Shown here piece by piece: positions 25,801-38,770 of a stretch of DNA of 64,000 nt. The position numbers were made by a program, and so were the translations under genes. Within the stretch, counting starts at the first letter, position 1. Every line of letters starts with the position of its first letter. The notes beneath the pieces are model-generated. The model was not told the origin of the DNA, ran no database searches, and worked only from the letters and a program-made list of their open reading frames with translations. This DNA is from Vicugna vicugna (lineage: Eukaryota): assembly GCA_013265495.1 (NCBI GenBank), contig MU058687.1:3722001-3786000 (forward strand). The letters are read 5' to 3'.

Positions 25801-27569
25801 ACTCCCATCCTTAAGATCACCTTTCACTTTGTCCTTATACGAACTATTTATATGTGTTCACTGTTATTTGTACAGCATGTATTGCATAGCTACCATGTGC
25901 CTGGAAGCATCCTAGATGTTCTGGAAAGTTGACAGGGAAGTCCTAACAAATGCACCTTGTGGTCTTGGGACTAGCACTGCTACCTGAAATGTCCTCCATC
26001 TCTTTAAATCCTAAACCATCTTTCAGGACATATTTTAAATCCTGCTTTCCTCCGGAAACCTTTGCTGTGCACCCAGGGCCCTCCTCACAGTCCTATGGTC
26101 TTTACTGTCTGAATTCATCATTTGGCACTTAGCAATTACCCATCATGCATTCCTCATTCACCAAGCACACACTGAACACCTACTGTGTGTCAGGCACTAT
26201 GCTTTGTGTTGCCTCACACATCAGTATATTTTTATAGCATATTAAAAATAGCAACAATGACCCTTATATAGCCTTTATCATGTATAGGCACAGCTTTACA
26301 TATTTTCGTGTATTTAATCCTCAAAACAACCCATGATTTTGGCATGATAATTATCCAAATTTTACAGATGCAGAAGTCAAGACACAGAAATGTTCAGCAA
26401 CTTTCCTAGGGTCACAAGTTAGAAAGTAACGAAGGTGGGATTTAAATCTGGCTCGGAAGTCCTTGACCTTAACCCCTACACTTCACTGTCAGGTACCGCT
26501 ATATTTATCATATGTGTGTTTGTGTAAATATAAACACACACACACCTTCCGAGCCAGACTCAACTCCTAGAGATCGACAGCCGTGTATCATGCTTGTTTG
26601 CATCCCACTACCTTATGCAGCCTTTACAATACGGTAGTGCTTTTGTTTGATTGTTGGTTTTCCCATTCACTTTAGGGGGGGACCTGAGGGTTTTTTTGCA
26701 GCAATAGGAGTGTTAGGGGTTGAAAGGGGGGAGAAACAGACTATTACAATAGACCTGGACCCTCTGGAATTCTTGGTTTCTTGGCATAACTCTGCAAGCT
26801 TAGGGGATAGGTTTGTACAAGAGAAGATACTAATGTAAAAGCTCTTGGAAGTGGGGTAAAATCCCCTTCTTAAAAAGCAAAATAAGACTTAAACCACATT
26901 ATGGTTACACAGCTTCTCTCCTCCCTCATGCCATTTCCTGTTATAGTTGTTTATATCTGCTTTCCTTTATTGCCTGCAAAAACCAAAGTTTTGACATCAG
27001 GATGCCAGATTTGTATTCCTGGCCTAATATTTCTATTTAAGATTTTTTTTTATAAAATGAAAAATATGTACATTTTATTTGAGTCACAATACTGCAACTA
27101 CATATGTATGTAGCTTAATAAAACCTGATAAGTTCATATATAAATTTTAAAAACACAGGTGGTAGGTATTTGCATTTTAAAAGGATTCTTCCTTTTACAA
27201 AAGGATCCACTACAGGGTTCCATTAAATATCCAGTTCCTCTTAGTGCATTTATCATACAATTTAATTTACCAAAATTTGATTTATATGTCACTCTAAAGG
27301 TGGTTGATGTAGGTGGTCCATGAAATACACTTTGGGAAACAAAGCTTTAAAGAAACACATGTGGTACAGAAAAAGAGACCAACTGTAGGGGCTTTTCCAG
27401 GGCTTCTGATACCCTCTGACTGCCAAGGGTTCTGCTTCCTCTCCATGTGGTAAGTTTTTGCTTTCCCTTCTTCTTCTCTTCTGCCACCTCCTCCCAGCTG
27501 CCAAACACCTGTTTTCATCTATTTTTTTTAATCTTTAATTGCAGGTATAAACTGTTTATCATTTCATTT

Positions 27570-27800
27570 AAAAAAATATTTCCCCCACTTTATTGAGATA
27601 TAATTGACATGTAACATTGTGCAAATTTAAAGTATACAAGATTCTGATTAGATACACTTATATATTGCAAGATAATTACCGACCAGAGCATTAGCTAACA
27701 CCTCTATCTTGTCACATAAGTACCATTTCTTTTTTATGGTGAGAAACTTTAACATCTATTCTGTCAACATGCACATTTTAGGTACATAATACAGTAGGAT
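27570..27800 (-). mobile_element. L1M (L1MA-like) 3' end
   Basis: ctttattgagatataattgacatgtaacattgtg...ggtgagaaactttaacatctattct. Confidence 0.8.
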
Positions 27801-29235
27801 TGTCCTTTTATTCTTAACCCCTATTTTATTCTTAGGTATCTCCTTGGATCTTCCTTATTCTCATTTCTTAATGCTGTTAACCCTCCTGTGAATTCACACA
27901 CCTGTTCTGTCTCTATTCTCCATTCCACATATCCCACCTGCCTGCCTCAGATCCTCCCTCTTAGTGTTCTTGGTCTGGATGCTATGGCATGGTCCAGAAA
28001 TACCAGGTACAGTTATGAACAGTTACTTCTGCCCAGGCTTCTCTTAGTCAAATCTAGAGCTTTGTTCTCTCTTCTTATTATCCTCTCCCAAAAAAGACCA
28101 AAAATTAATTTTTTAAATAAAACAAATCATGAGAATGACTTGCTTTGGCATGATTCCACTCCTCCATGAGTATTATTAATATCCCAGGCCTCAAGAAATA
28201 AATATCAGAAACATGCATTTAAAATATGATTATAGTTTAATGAAATTTGTTTTTAAAAATTAATTCCATGACATTTATGGCACATGTATCTATGGATTTA
28301 ATATATCATTGATCTTTAAAAAGTCAGTTGCTTGACCCATATTTTGCATCTGAGTATTTTGCTAAATCTCTAGTAATCTCCAAAAACATTTAGAGATTTC
28401 CGTACTTCAGAGATTTTTCTCCTTTATTAATCTGCTATATCCCTGAATTTCACTCTAGGTAGAGGTTCTCTGGGGTGATCTGGATTTTGTCAAATATCTC
28501 CAGTAGTAATAAAAGGAATGGAAGAGCAAATAACCAATACAGTTGGCCACTAGTTGGAAATCTTTTCTTTTAATAGATTTATCAAGGCTTATGCTTCCCT
28601 TGAAGTAATGAGCTCTTAATAGCCTTGTTTGACTGCCATAAGAACATAGCCAGAGGTTGTGCTATTTGTTTATGGGGACTTTGTGCACCTTCATTAACCC
28701 ATTCAGTGCTTGGCTAGGCCGCCGTGATCAAAGCTGTGAGACTTTAGGAAAAGCTGGTGGTGGAGAAGGCATGGAGGGAAGGGGTGTGGTTGTCACTGGG
28801 TGAAGACAAGGATGATAGGGGAAATAGTATCAGGTCGGCCAATCACCCCTTGCAAGCGGGAACTCACTTGGTATGTGCAGTATGATTGAATTTTCGTAGA
28901 GAAGAATACTGTATCTGGAGGTGGGGGGAAGTTGGATGATAATCTCTGGATGGTGGCATTACAACGGATTTTTTTCTTTTTAACTTTTCTGAATTTTCCA
29001 AAGTTTCTGCAGTGACCATGTATTACTATTAAAAACAATTTAAAAGAAAGAAAGAAACCTACTTTGCCTGGCATCTGGAGTCTCTTTCCCAAGAGACCTA
29101 ATCTTTAACAGATCTATCTCAAATCTTACCTATGGTGTAGAATAACGGTGAAAGGAAAGTGCTCAGGATGTGGCCCAGAGCAGTTCAGCAAACAAAAGAC
29201 GGTCCTTGAACTGGCTGGCCCTGGAGGTGGGGCCC

Positions 29236-29560
29236 TGCATGCCAGTGCTTGTTGCATGCTCCTGTGTACGCGTGGATGGATGCCCCCACCATTTCTTCCA
29301 CTGGAAAATTAAGAGAAGATTGCAGTGCATTTGGGATTCTAACTTTGTCTTCTTTCTTTTTTCCTTCCCTTCCCCCTCCTCCTCCTCTTCTCCCCTCTTT
29401 TCCTTCCTCAAGGCCTCTCCCACCTCATGATGAGTGAACAAGGTAGGTGCTTTGTGCTTGTGGTGCTGCAGCTGCCTGAGTTGCTTGCCTTCGTGCCTCT
29501 GGCTGGTCGCTCAGAGCCTCAAAATCGCTGGCAGGCCATTTGCTGCCTGTCCCTCCTGCC
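29236..29560 (+). promoter_or_regulatory. Splicing-regulatory region of the 30-nt exon
   Basis: TGCATG at 29236 and 29253. AG-free 29326-29410. Twelve YGCY motifs in 29443-29560. Confidence 0.65.
29413..29442 (+). CDS. NRXN3: Neurexin-3 alpha SS1 exon, 30 nt, encodes (G)LSHLMMSEQ, phase 1-1
   Basis: Branch CTAAC at 29339-29343, ~65-nt pyrimidine tract, ctcaag|GCCTCTCCCACCTCATGATGAGTGAACAAG|gtaggt. GLSHLMMSEQ is the recalled NRXN3 peptide (NRXN1 paralog GLAHLMMGDQ). Confidence 0.97.
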
Positions 29561-32008
29561 ATGGGCCAGGCTGGCAGCAGGGCCACCCTGTGGTGGGGGG
29601 CACCTTTCCAATGCATCGTGGTTTCCCGCACCCATCATCCCCTTGGCTTCTCCATTCTGCACTGCCATTTGTCATCCTGGGCGCTGGCCCTGCCAGGCTG
29701 CCTCTGAGAAAGAAGCATGAAACAAGCCATGATGGCGTCGATAATGGGGGTGAATGAAGCTAATTTCAGAGCAGCAGAGCAGTTAACTTCTTCTCTACAC
29801 CCCATGCTGGGGCCCCAGGTTGGGGGAGAGGAGCTGGAATTTTACCCTGAGTAAAGGTTGCTTTTTGTCTTCCCTCCATCCCACTCCCCATTGTAATAAC
29901 TTTCAGCCCGTCAGTGGTCAAAGGAAGCCCTTAGGGGTTTGACTGTTTTCAGTTATGTATAAAAGCAAAAACCACCGAAAGAACATGCTAATGTCCTCAT
30001 GGCAGAATTCTAACTCATTATACACCCTGAAGAAAACTGCATATAAAGATCTGTAAATTCAGCATCTGCAACCTAAAATATTCAATTATGCAGGGAATGA
30101 ACTGTGCAGGAAATCCAGCTCAGCTAAGCACAGGGTGGGCTGTGAATGAAGCCTTTTCCTCCTAAATAAAAATTTTCCATATTATCAGCTTAAATCAGAA
30201 TTCAAGAACTGAGCCTACTTAAAATTGTCTTTTTCTTCTCTGTTCAATTGCTACTATTGTGTTTCTTCTGAGCTTTGGGATGACTGCACAATTGATGTAC
30301 CTGCCTTGCTCTGACACCAAAAGACCATACTTTAATTTCTCTTATCTGTTTCTTTTCAAAATAGACATGGGACCCAGTGCCTTTTTTGGAGGACCAAAGA
30401 AAAGAGGAAGAGGGGGTATTTCCATGTTCTACTATTTTTCTTGATCTTTTGAGGAGGATGGGGCAGCACTGGAGGGCAACTCCCCCCTACCCCCACTCTG
30501 GCTCCCGTTTCCTTATACTGGATCCAGCAGACACTGTGGCCGTAAAGGGGAGAATATGGTCAGATCAAGGAACCGCCCAGGGCTGAGAGAAGTTTATTGA
30601 TGGTGTGTAGGTGGCTGCAGAGGTGGGCAGTTGAGAGAATCCTGAGTTGATAAAGCAGGACAAGGAGGAAACACACTTTACCAACAGAAGTGTATCCTCC
30701 AGACCTAAGCCAAGATCCATGCTGTGGACTCCGGACATTTCAGTGAAGACAGGATCTGGTCTAGAGCAGATGTCAAAGGACAGAGATGGAGGGAGGGGGT
30801 CAGGTGAGTTTGCCGGTGTTAGATGGGGCTCCGGAAGAGGCTGGGATTAAGCCTCTCTATTCTACTTGTCGGTGAGTGAGAGCAGTTGTCTCGCTACAGC
30901 GGGGTAACTGTGAAGTGACTATGAATGGGGGGTGCTCTTGATGTCGACCTGGTGTCTGGGTAGTTTGAGAGAGAGCATATCTCTACAAAGTGGGAAGACC
31001 CAAGCTCTAGGAATTGCTGGACTTCGGTGGCCTGACTTTGATAACAAGTTCCATCAGAAAAAGCAGCCCTCAGAGTCCTGCTGGCAAGATACCCTCCTAC
31101 GTTCTCTCATCTTATGCTCCCAGCTGCCCTTGAGGCGTTTTCCCAGCTTTTACAGTGTCTCGGAGGTCTGAGTGCATCATATAGCTGCCGTCATAGGATA
31201 GAGTCCAGGCAGATGGACAGGCTGCTAGGGACTGACTTAATCTTGATTTGGCTTATTTCACACCCACTGATACAGCACAGGCATTTTGGAGGGCTAAATC
31301 CCAACACTGCGGTGAAAAGCATCTGGAGAACCTGTGTTGTATACCTTACCCAATTTTCCACCCACTCCTCAACTTCTCTTGGGCACCCAGCATTGAAGTG
31401 TGTATAAGTAGAGAATTCAGACACACCCATGTACATACATATGCTCTGGGGAGTAAGTCAGGCATCTTATAGAAAAAGAGTCTTTAGGCAATGAAGTAAT
31501 GACTGACAGACACAGATATTGTGAATTCCTCTTTAGAGGGGTTTTCAAGAAAGAATGCAGAATTCTTCTGGGTGGTCAGTGCCATTAAGATTTTAAGGTG
31601 CAATTTGTAGTTTAATTTGTTTTTAAGGAGGTCCTTTGACTGCCTTCCTCCTCCTCCTCTCATTCTTTTCCATTTCCCACCCTTGTCTGTTCTTGCCCTT
31701 GTGATGATTACCCCCAAAACCAATATTCCTTTCCATTTCCTTATTCCTTCAACATGAAAGAATGAGATTTCTGTCTGGTTCTCACTGAATCTCCAGAATT
31801 TGGTTTTGATGCCCACAAATATGTATGGAAATACTTACGTATGTTATATGTGTGCCACCTGTATATGTATGTTACACTCTTGGTCCTCATGATGCATATT
31901 CATGTTGGGAAATAACAGGAGAATCTGGCTTCTCTGAGACTTTCCCTAACCAATTTTACATTGGTTAAGTGCGTGCAGTTTCACATCCATGTGGCTATGC
32001 AGTGCTTT

Positions 32009-32329
32009 TGCATGCAGACTTGGTCATGTTTCTAAGGATGGGACTGAGAAGAAACTGATGGGGAAAAGCTTAAATGAGAAGCTGACGGGAGCAGCCTTGC
32101 TGGTCACACTGTTTAAGCTTCACACTGTGCATTTGTTTTGTGCTGCCTTCTCAAGATATTGTACTGTTGTTGCCAGTACTGCTGTGGACTGTGTTATGTG
32201 TGTTACATTTCTTTGTGTGTCTGCACTGTGCTGATGTTTTACTCTCCCTGCTTTCTCTCTCTCTCTCTCTCGCCGCCTCCATGGTGGACACCATGCTTCC
32301 TCTTCTTAATTGGACCTTCATTTCTGTAG
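32009..32329 (+). promoter_or_regulatory. Extended 3' splice-site region of the 12-nt microexon
   Basis: TGCATG at 32009, UG-rich tract, AG-free 32177-32327, CTGAT branch candidate 32231-32235, (CT)n tract ~32254-32271. Confidence 0.7.
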
Positions 32330-32341
32330 GTAGAAGTAAAG
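32330..32341 (+). CDS. NRXN3: Neurexin-3 alpha SS1 microexon, 12 nt, encodes (G)RSK, phase 1-1
   Basis: 151-nt AG-free zone, then ttctgtag|GTAGAAGTAAAG|gtagag. GRSK follows MMSEQ in recalled NRXN3 isoforms (NRXN1 paralog GKSK). Confidence 0.93.
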
Positions 32342-35300
32342 GTAGAGATCATTTTATTTTTATCATTGTATCTATCAATCTGCCTTCTGAAAAATTCATA
32401 CATCCAAGGGGAATTGTTGATTCTGATGAATAGAGTCCAGATGATAACTTAGTGCTTTTAACTAAAAAAAAAAAAAATTAAAAGCCAATGCTATAATTTT
32501 CCTTCAATGTGCTTCATGTTCGTTGGTGGGGGATCATTCTTGGTTGGTCTGCCTCCCTCTAAATCCAGGAGGAGCCTTCTCCACTATGGTGTGCTCTTTC
32601 TAGCAGGAACGCTAGACTCTGAAAGTGGTTATGCAGTGTGGGGAAGATATATTTTACTTAAATGAGGATTCTAAGATCCCCTCTAGTAAATGTATTGAGG
32701 GAACAGGGAAGACGTGAAATGACTTGCCAATGTTTCTATCCCTTAGGAATAACTGAACTGGAGGATAACATCTGTGAGGGAAGGATGCTGGATAAGAAAG
32801 GGGAGAGGATTGGGGAATGGCTTGAACTTTATTAATATGAAATTGGGGGTATATTTATTGTTGTTTTTAATCTTCTGTGTTTTATCTCCTGTATTTTGGG
32901 GATTGGAAATTACCTGACTGTGGGTGATGAGCTAAGAATGGTGGGACTGGGGGTGTGGCAGCACAGAGGAATGACAATGTACTACATTTTACAATTTTTA
33001 AGGAGAAAGTGGAGAAAGAGATTTTAACTTACCACGTCCACCTTTTGCTTGGTAGGCTGGGAAAAGGAGAGGTTCTGAGCAGGTGTGCTTGCTTGGATGC
33101 TCTGATATGCCTTTCATTGCTTCATACCTTTGGGTACCACAGTGTATTCATCCATTCCTAATCAAAGCTGTCAGAGGCCTGAGCCTGGAGAACCTGGCTC
33201 ACTAGCTCAAATTGGATTAGCTGTTCAGGAGTGAAGGGAGAGGTTAATTGATAAATTATAAATCTGTATTTGCATTCAGTTCTCCCTTCTTCCTTCCTAA
33301 CTCTCCAGCCCCTATCTCTGTGAAGCTGTATGCCACTGCTTCCTGCAAAGACTGGCAAACTACAGAGATAGGAAATGTGAATCCTGCCATGAGGATGTTG
33401 AAGAAAGATCGGGTTGACAAGATATTGAAAATGTTGATTTGATGACTAGTCTGTGAACTGGCCATCTCTCATTTGAATTTTATGTGTTTTCTGGATTTTT
33501 AAAGTTATGTATGGTTACCTTGGAAGCAGCTCAGTCCTTTCACGTTGGGGTTGGATGATTAACCATTCCTTTTATGCTAATCACGTGTGGGTTCCTCCTC
33601 AGAAACCTCTCATGGGGATCCTTTACTCCTTTATGAACTTGATACCTATTGAAAGGAGGTGGGAAAGGGGGAAGCGGAAGGGGAATAATGATTGAAAGGG
33701 TACACCTGGCTGCCCCCTCACTTCTCTCCTTTCTATACTCCACCAGAGGCTTCCAGTGATCTCTTCTTAGGCAAAGTCACCAATCTGTGCCTCAGATGCA
33801 ACCTTTTGTGTCACCTGTCCCTCCTCCCACTGGCTTCTATAAGGATATGTTAGGGTCAGTTGTTCCCCCACCCCTACACCTCTCTCCATTTCTTTCCCTA
33901 ATCCCCATAAGACCAATGTTTTTAGTGTTTTTAGGTTTTACGCTTGGATATCTTATTTTTTTTCTCTGGCCACTGCTGCTAATACTGATGGATCATGTCC
34001 CACCTGCCAGCCATTGTGCCACATGCTTTATATGCCTTTCACACTAAATCCTCACAGCTCTCTTAAGAGGTAGGTGACAGTGTTATCCTTCCTTTGTGAA
34101 TAAGTAAAACAAGGCTCAGAGAGTTAAATAATTTAAGTTAGATGGCTACTAAGTGGAAATGAAACCCAGAATCTGAGCCCCTAACCCATACTCTATACTA
34201 CACTGCCTGTTTTGGATCCAAAGATGACCTCCGTGGAGATGCCTCCCAGCTACTTCGCTGGCACTGACCTGTCTCAAGTTCTCACCCCCACTTGGCATTC
34301 TCAGTAGTAGCACATGTCCATATAAACGTCCCACCAGTACTGTCACCTCAGTATGTCTAAAGTCAACCTTCACACCATCTGGCCACGAGCCATGTTCCCT
34401 ATTTTTGTTAACGGTGCCTCCATCATCCTTGTCACCAGGGCTTGAACTCAGGAATTGCTTTCCATCTTTTTCCTTCCTGAATCTTCCTATTCCCAGGTCA
34501 TGTTGAGAGAGCTCATTGAGATTCTCCTTCAGAATGTCTCTTGCATCTCCGTTTAACACCCTGGTTGAGCTCCCAGTTAGCCCTTATTATATTATTGCCC
34601 CAGCCTGATTGGTCTCTGTTCTCTTCTAGTCTGTCCAGTAACTGGGAACTGCTTAAGCTCTGCTGTCCTCTGAAAAGAGTGCAAGATTAGCTATCTCACG
34701 TTCAAAGCCGTCCCTAATGTGGCCCTGTTTACTTTTAACCTTCTTCCCTGTTAATCTTAAATGCAAAACTGCTGCCAAATAGGATATCAAATAACCTTAC
34801 TGAACTTTTTCCTATCTCCTAGGTTTACTTATTGTGTTTCTCTCCCTTATATCAGCTCCTCCTCCCCTGGTTTCTGCTCATTGAAATCAATTACAGATTT
34901 TATTTCCTGGTTATGCTGTGACTGCTCCGCGTGCTCCGTTCAGAGATGAGCTCTCCTTCCGCGTACCTCTCTAGTATCTTACGCTAAATGTATTTGGGAG
35001 TTGGGCTACGCACCTCTACTAGATTGCAAGTATGTTAAAGACGAACATATTTATTTTTAAATGTCCAGATGTGTCTAGCATAGGAGGTTGCATGGGGAAG
35101 GGACTCACAATCTCTAATCCTTCTTATCCCGCTGTCAGTTATCTTCCTAAAAGCAAAAATAAAGCAAAATTAAAATTAAATCGGATCATATAACTCATCT
35201 GCTCAAAAGCTTGTGATGGATTCTTATTGTAGAATTGTCAACATGCCTTCTCAGCTTTATTTTCTACAATAACATAGCCCCCTGTCCCCTAAAGTCAGCA

Positions 35301-36139
35301 GCTCACTCTGCCTGAATTCACATTATGGTTTCCTGCCTCAGGAAACTCCACCCTCTTTTTTGAACATCCTTGGAACACTCTTCTCCTCCTAAGGCTCAAC
35401 CTTCCTGGGTCCTCCAGACTTGTGTTTCTGTTACAAAGCACCTAGGCCAAACTGCCCTGAATCAGGTTTACTCATATGTTGCAGTTACCCCAGTCCCTGA
35501 AGAACCTTGCACCCAAAATGCACTTACGTCAGCAATTTGTTCAGAGTTGTACACCAACCCATGCCCCTTATCACTACTCTCATTGCCCCAACCACCAGAG
35601 CAAAGGAGCCCCAGTGGGTCATAGAGTGAGGCCGGATGTTCTGGCTCCAGTTCCTTTCTCATCCAGGCCTTCTCTTGGCCCTGTGTGTGCAAAGCACAAA
35701 GGGAAGTTGCTATAGATTACACCAGAATAAAGGTGGGAAAGGTCTTTGGGTTTAGTCTTAGGAGCTTGTCAGAGAAAAAAATGCTTCAGATTTTGGCATT
35801 CTTATAAAGCTGAATGATGAAGCAGTAAACCTATGGTGCAAAGAATTGTGAAGTTAAACCTACAAAACTGAGCTGGAAGTTTAGGCTATAATGATAACCA
35901 CCACATTCAGGAGGTCACTGGGTTGCACTGGGCCAAAGCAAAGATGACTTTAACTGAAAGTGGCTGACCAAAGGAGTTCTTCAGCAACCAGCCGTGGCTA
36001 ACTTTTTTGACTTGATTTTGACAGCCTTTGTCTAAGTGTTTAGAGTATGTTTTGGCCTCCATCCCCCTTTTCTTGTCAGTTTGAGGGTTGCCAATCTCGG
36101 GCTAGGTTACCAAATACTTTCCCTTGAAAGTGAACTTGG

Positions 36140-36385
36140 AGTAGGTGTTGCAGACTCAAATGCCTACAGGGTCTTGATAGGTATTATCAAGGAGCAGATC
36201 TTGTGGTAAGAAAAATCCTAGTGTAAGGTCAATGGTAGGGAGTGGTGGGGATTGTGGCAAACTGGAGAGCATAAATCCTGTCAAAGGCAGCAGCCTTTAC
36301 TCTGCCCCAGCTGATTGCCGTCATGCAAGAACGTATGCCCAGCATCACAAGATCCTCAAGATAAGCCAGAATATTTTATTAAAAT
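36140..36385. mobile_element. MER102-like hAT element
   Basis: cagactcaaatgcctacaggg...ggcagcagcc...ccagctgattg. Confidence 0.65.
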
Positions 36386-38599
36386 ATTAGATCATGCACC
36401 TTTCTCTCTGTATATATGTATGCATAAACACATACATTCACATGTGCCAAATTATTTAGCCCATGAATCACAAGTTTTTGACCTTCGGCTTGAGGAGAAA
36501 AGAGGAGCAAAATATTCCTCCAAGGCTTCTTGCTGAATGTCAGTATTGGGAGGTAGTTACTTGGCAGCATGCTTGATTAATTTTCTCTTTGCTCATAGCA
36601 GTGCAGAAATACTTCCTGCCCTTAGCACCACTGCAGACAGCCTGAGCCACGTGTTGGTTGAAGTTAGTTTTGTAGAGTGGGGTGGGCATAGCTGGGAAGA
36701 ATATGGAAAATGCTGAGAATGACCAAGAATGGAGGTAACTGACACCTTTCGCCATCAACAAGAGCTGGGACAATTTGTAAATAGTAAGGGTGACTGGGGG
36801 CCATTTAATTCCTTTTCCCTTTTAGTCTACAGAACTTTTTATCTACTAGACTAGATAGTGTTTGCCCTAAGATTTACTGTAATCCATCAGAATTTAGAGG
36901 CCCCTTCCAATTTATTTGCATGTGTTTTTCCCCTGTAGATTTGATGGCTGGTCTTTTAATGCTGAACTAATCAACATTGGCCAAACTAGAAAAAGATAAT
37001 CAAGCTACATGAACTTGAACATGATTTCATGTAGATTATATTTTGCTAGTAATAACATTAAGAAAGCTGATTTCAGGAGTTGAGGCCCCTCTTGTCCCTG
37101 CTAGGACTCAAGAGCCCTGCAAATAAGTTACTGCTTTGATAGCCAACTGTTTATGCAAATTAGTAAATGCAATGCCAGCTCCTAATTATGAAAATAAACT
37201 CATCTGTGCTCTATAAATATCTAATTGTAATAAAATAGGGGCAATATTATATTTCTATCTCTTGCCTCATCTGTTTCTCATCCACCACTGATTTGTCCTC
37301 TTGACAATGAATAAAATCACTTTGTTTTTAAAAGAAGCCTGCTTTCCATGGTTTTTTTTTTTCTTCTAATATTTTGAAAGTCTGCAGGGCGAAAATAGAT
37401 TTATTTTAAACACAAGTAAAATTGCCTGATTTCAGCAACTCTGTGTTTTTGACAGTGATGTCTTTAAAATGGTGCTTTAAATTATGAAAAGTGTTATTTT
37501 TTTCCTTTTCTTGTTTAGAAATTTTCATTGGACACTGAAGACATTTTTTAAGAACAGTTGTTTCTTGGAGCATTTTTTAAAAATGTGTAAATGTAAACAG
37601 ATTTATTAGTAAAATGTACAATGGGTCAATGAAATTTTTCAGTTAAATTTCAGTTGGCATTATATATAAAGGAAAATGTTTCTCTGATTTCTAAGCAACA
37701 TGTCTATTTCCTCCTTCTCAATTATCAGTTTGGATTTAGTGTTTGTGCACAGATTTTGTATCTGTGTATGTATATCATGAAACACTTTTTCCTTAAAGGC
37801 AAACAGTGATCTACATACTTGTATAAACTTTTACTTACCAAGGCCAGTTGATTAATCTTACAGGACATATCATTTTCAACTGGAGATCTGTATGAATACC
37901 CATATAAACCTAACGTTGATAACATCTACAGGTAAAGGATGTTTTATTAAATTGTCTTATCTTCATGACACATCTCATTTATAAAGAATTCAAGCAATGT
38001 GCATTTCCGTATGTGCTTAGGTTTGTATACACCATAGTTTGTTTTTCAGGTGTGCAGAGCGAAGTATGTACATCTGGGTATAGGTACGGTTTGTCCAAAT
38101 ACATATTAATAGGTTTATACTCGTTGAGTATGTTACCATATGTAGCTTCCATTTGTAGATTACTGAAAATATTTCATTCCAGTGTGATGTACATATGAAT
38201 TTATCAGATTGTCTACTTTAATATTTGAAAAATCACTGGTTATTCAGTATTCAACAAATATTGACAGAGAGCCAACAACAGGCAAGGTCAATTGCTAGGT
38301 GTTGAGAATACAGGGCTGACCAAGGACATATGGACCCTGCCCTCTGACATCTTGCCAAAAGTCAATGGACTTTGAAAATGGCTTTCAAATGTAACAACCA
38401 CCTCTCCTTCTAAAGCCTTAAATAATGTTTTCAACTTACACATGTAGTCTTAAAATTATTTTATTTATTTATTTTAAATGGAAACTCTCAGGTAACAATT
38501 CAGTTAGTCGACTCACCCACCGTTCAACTTCTCAGAATCAGAAAAGAGAACTTGCTTTGTATGTGAAAATGTAGGACATTTTCCACTTTTTGTCTATTT

Positions 38600-38770
38600 A
38601 TTTATTAATCTTTATTGACGGATAGTACGCATAGTGTAAAGTATACAAAATCCATACTTTTAAGCGTACAGTTTAAATATTTCTTAATGTATATACACCC
38701 ATGTAAATACCATCCCAGCTGAGATATAGATTGTGTCTGTCACCCCAAAAAGTTCTGTCCTGCCACTTTC
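38600..38770 (-). mobile_element. Old L1M 3' end
   Basis: ctttattga...ttttaagcgtacagttt...tatatacacccatgtaa..accatcc. Confidence 0.7.

Noticed and set aside
30867..30877. tgtcggtgagt, resembling the miR-181a 3' end
   Set aside because: The seed and 5' part (aacattcaacg) are absent and no precursor hairpin is evident.
32140..32433. 97-aa hydrophobic ORF resembling a signal or membrane peptide
   Set aside because: The hydrophobicity comes from the UG/CT-rich AG-exclusion zone; only GRSK is exonic.
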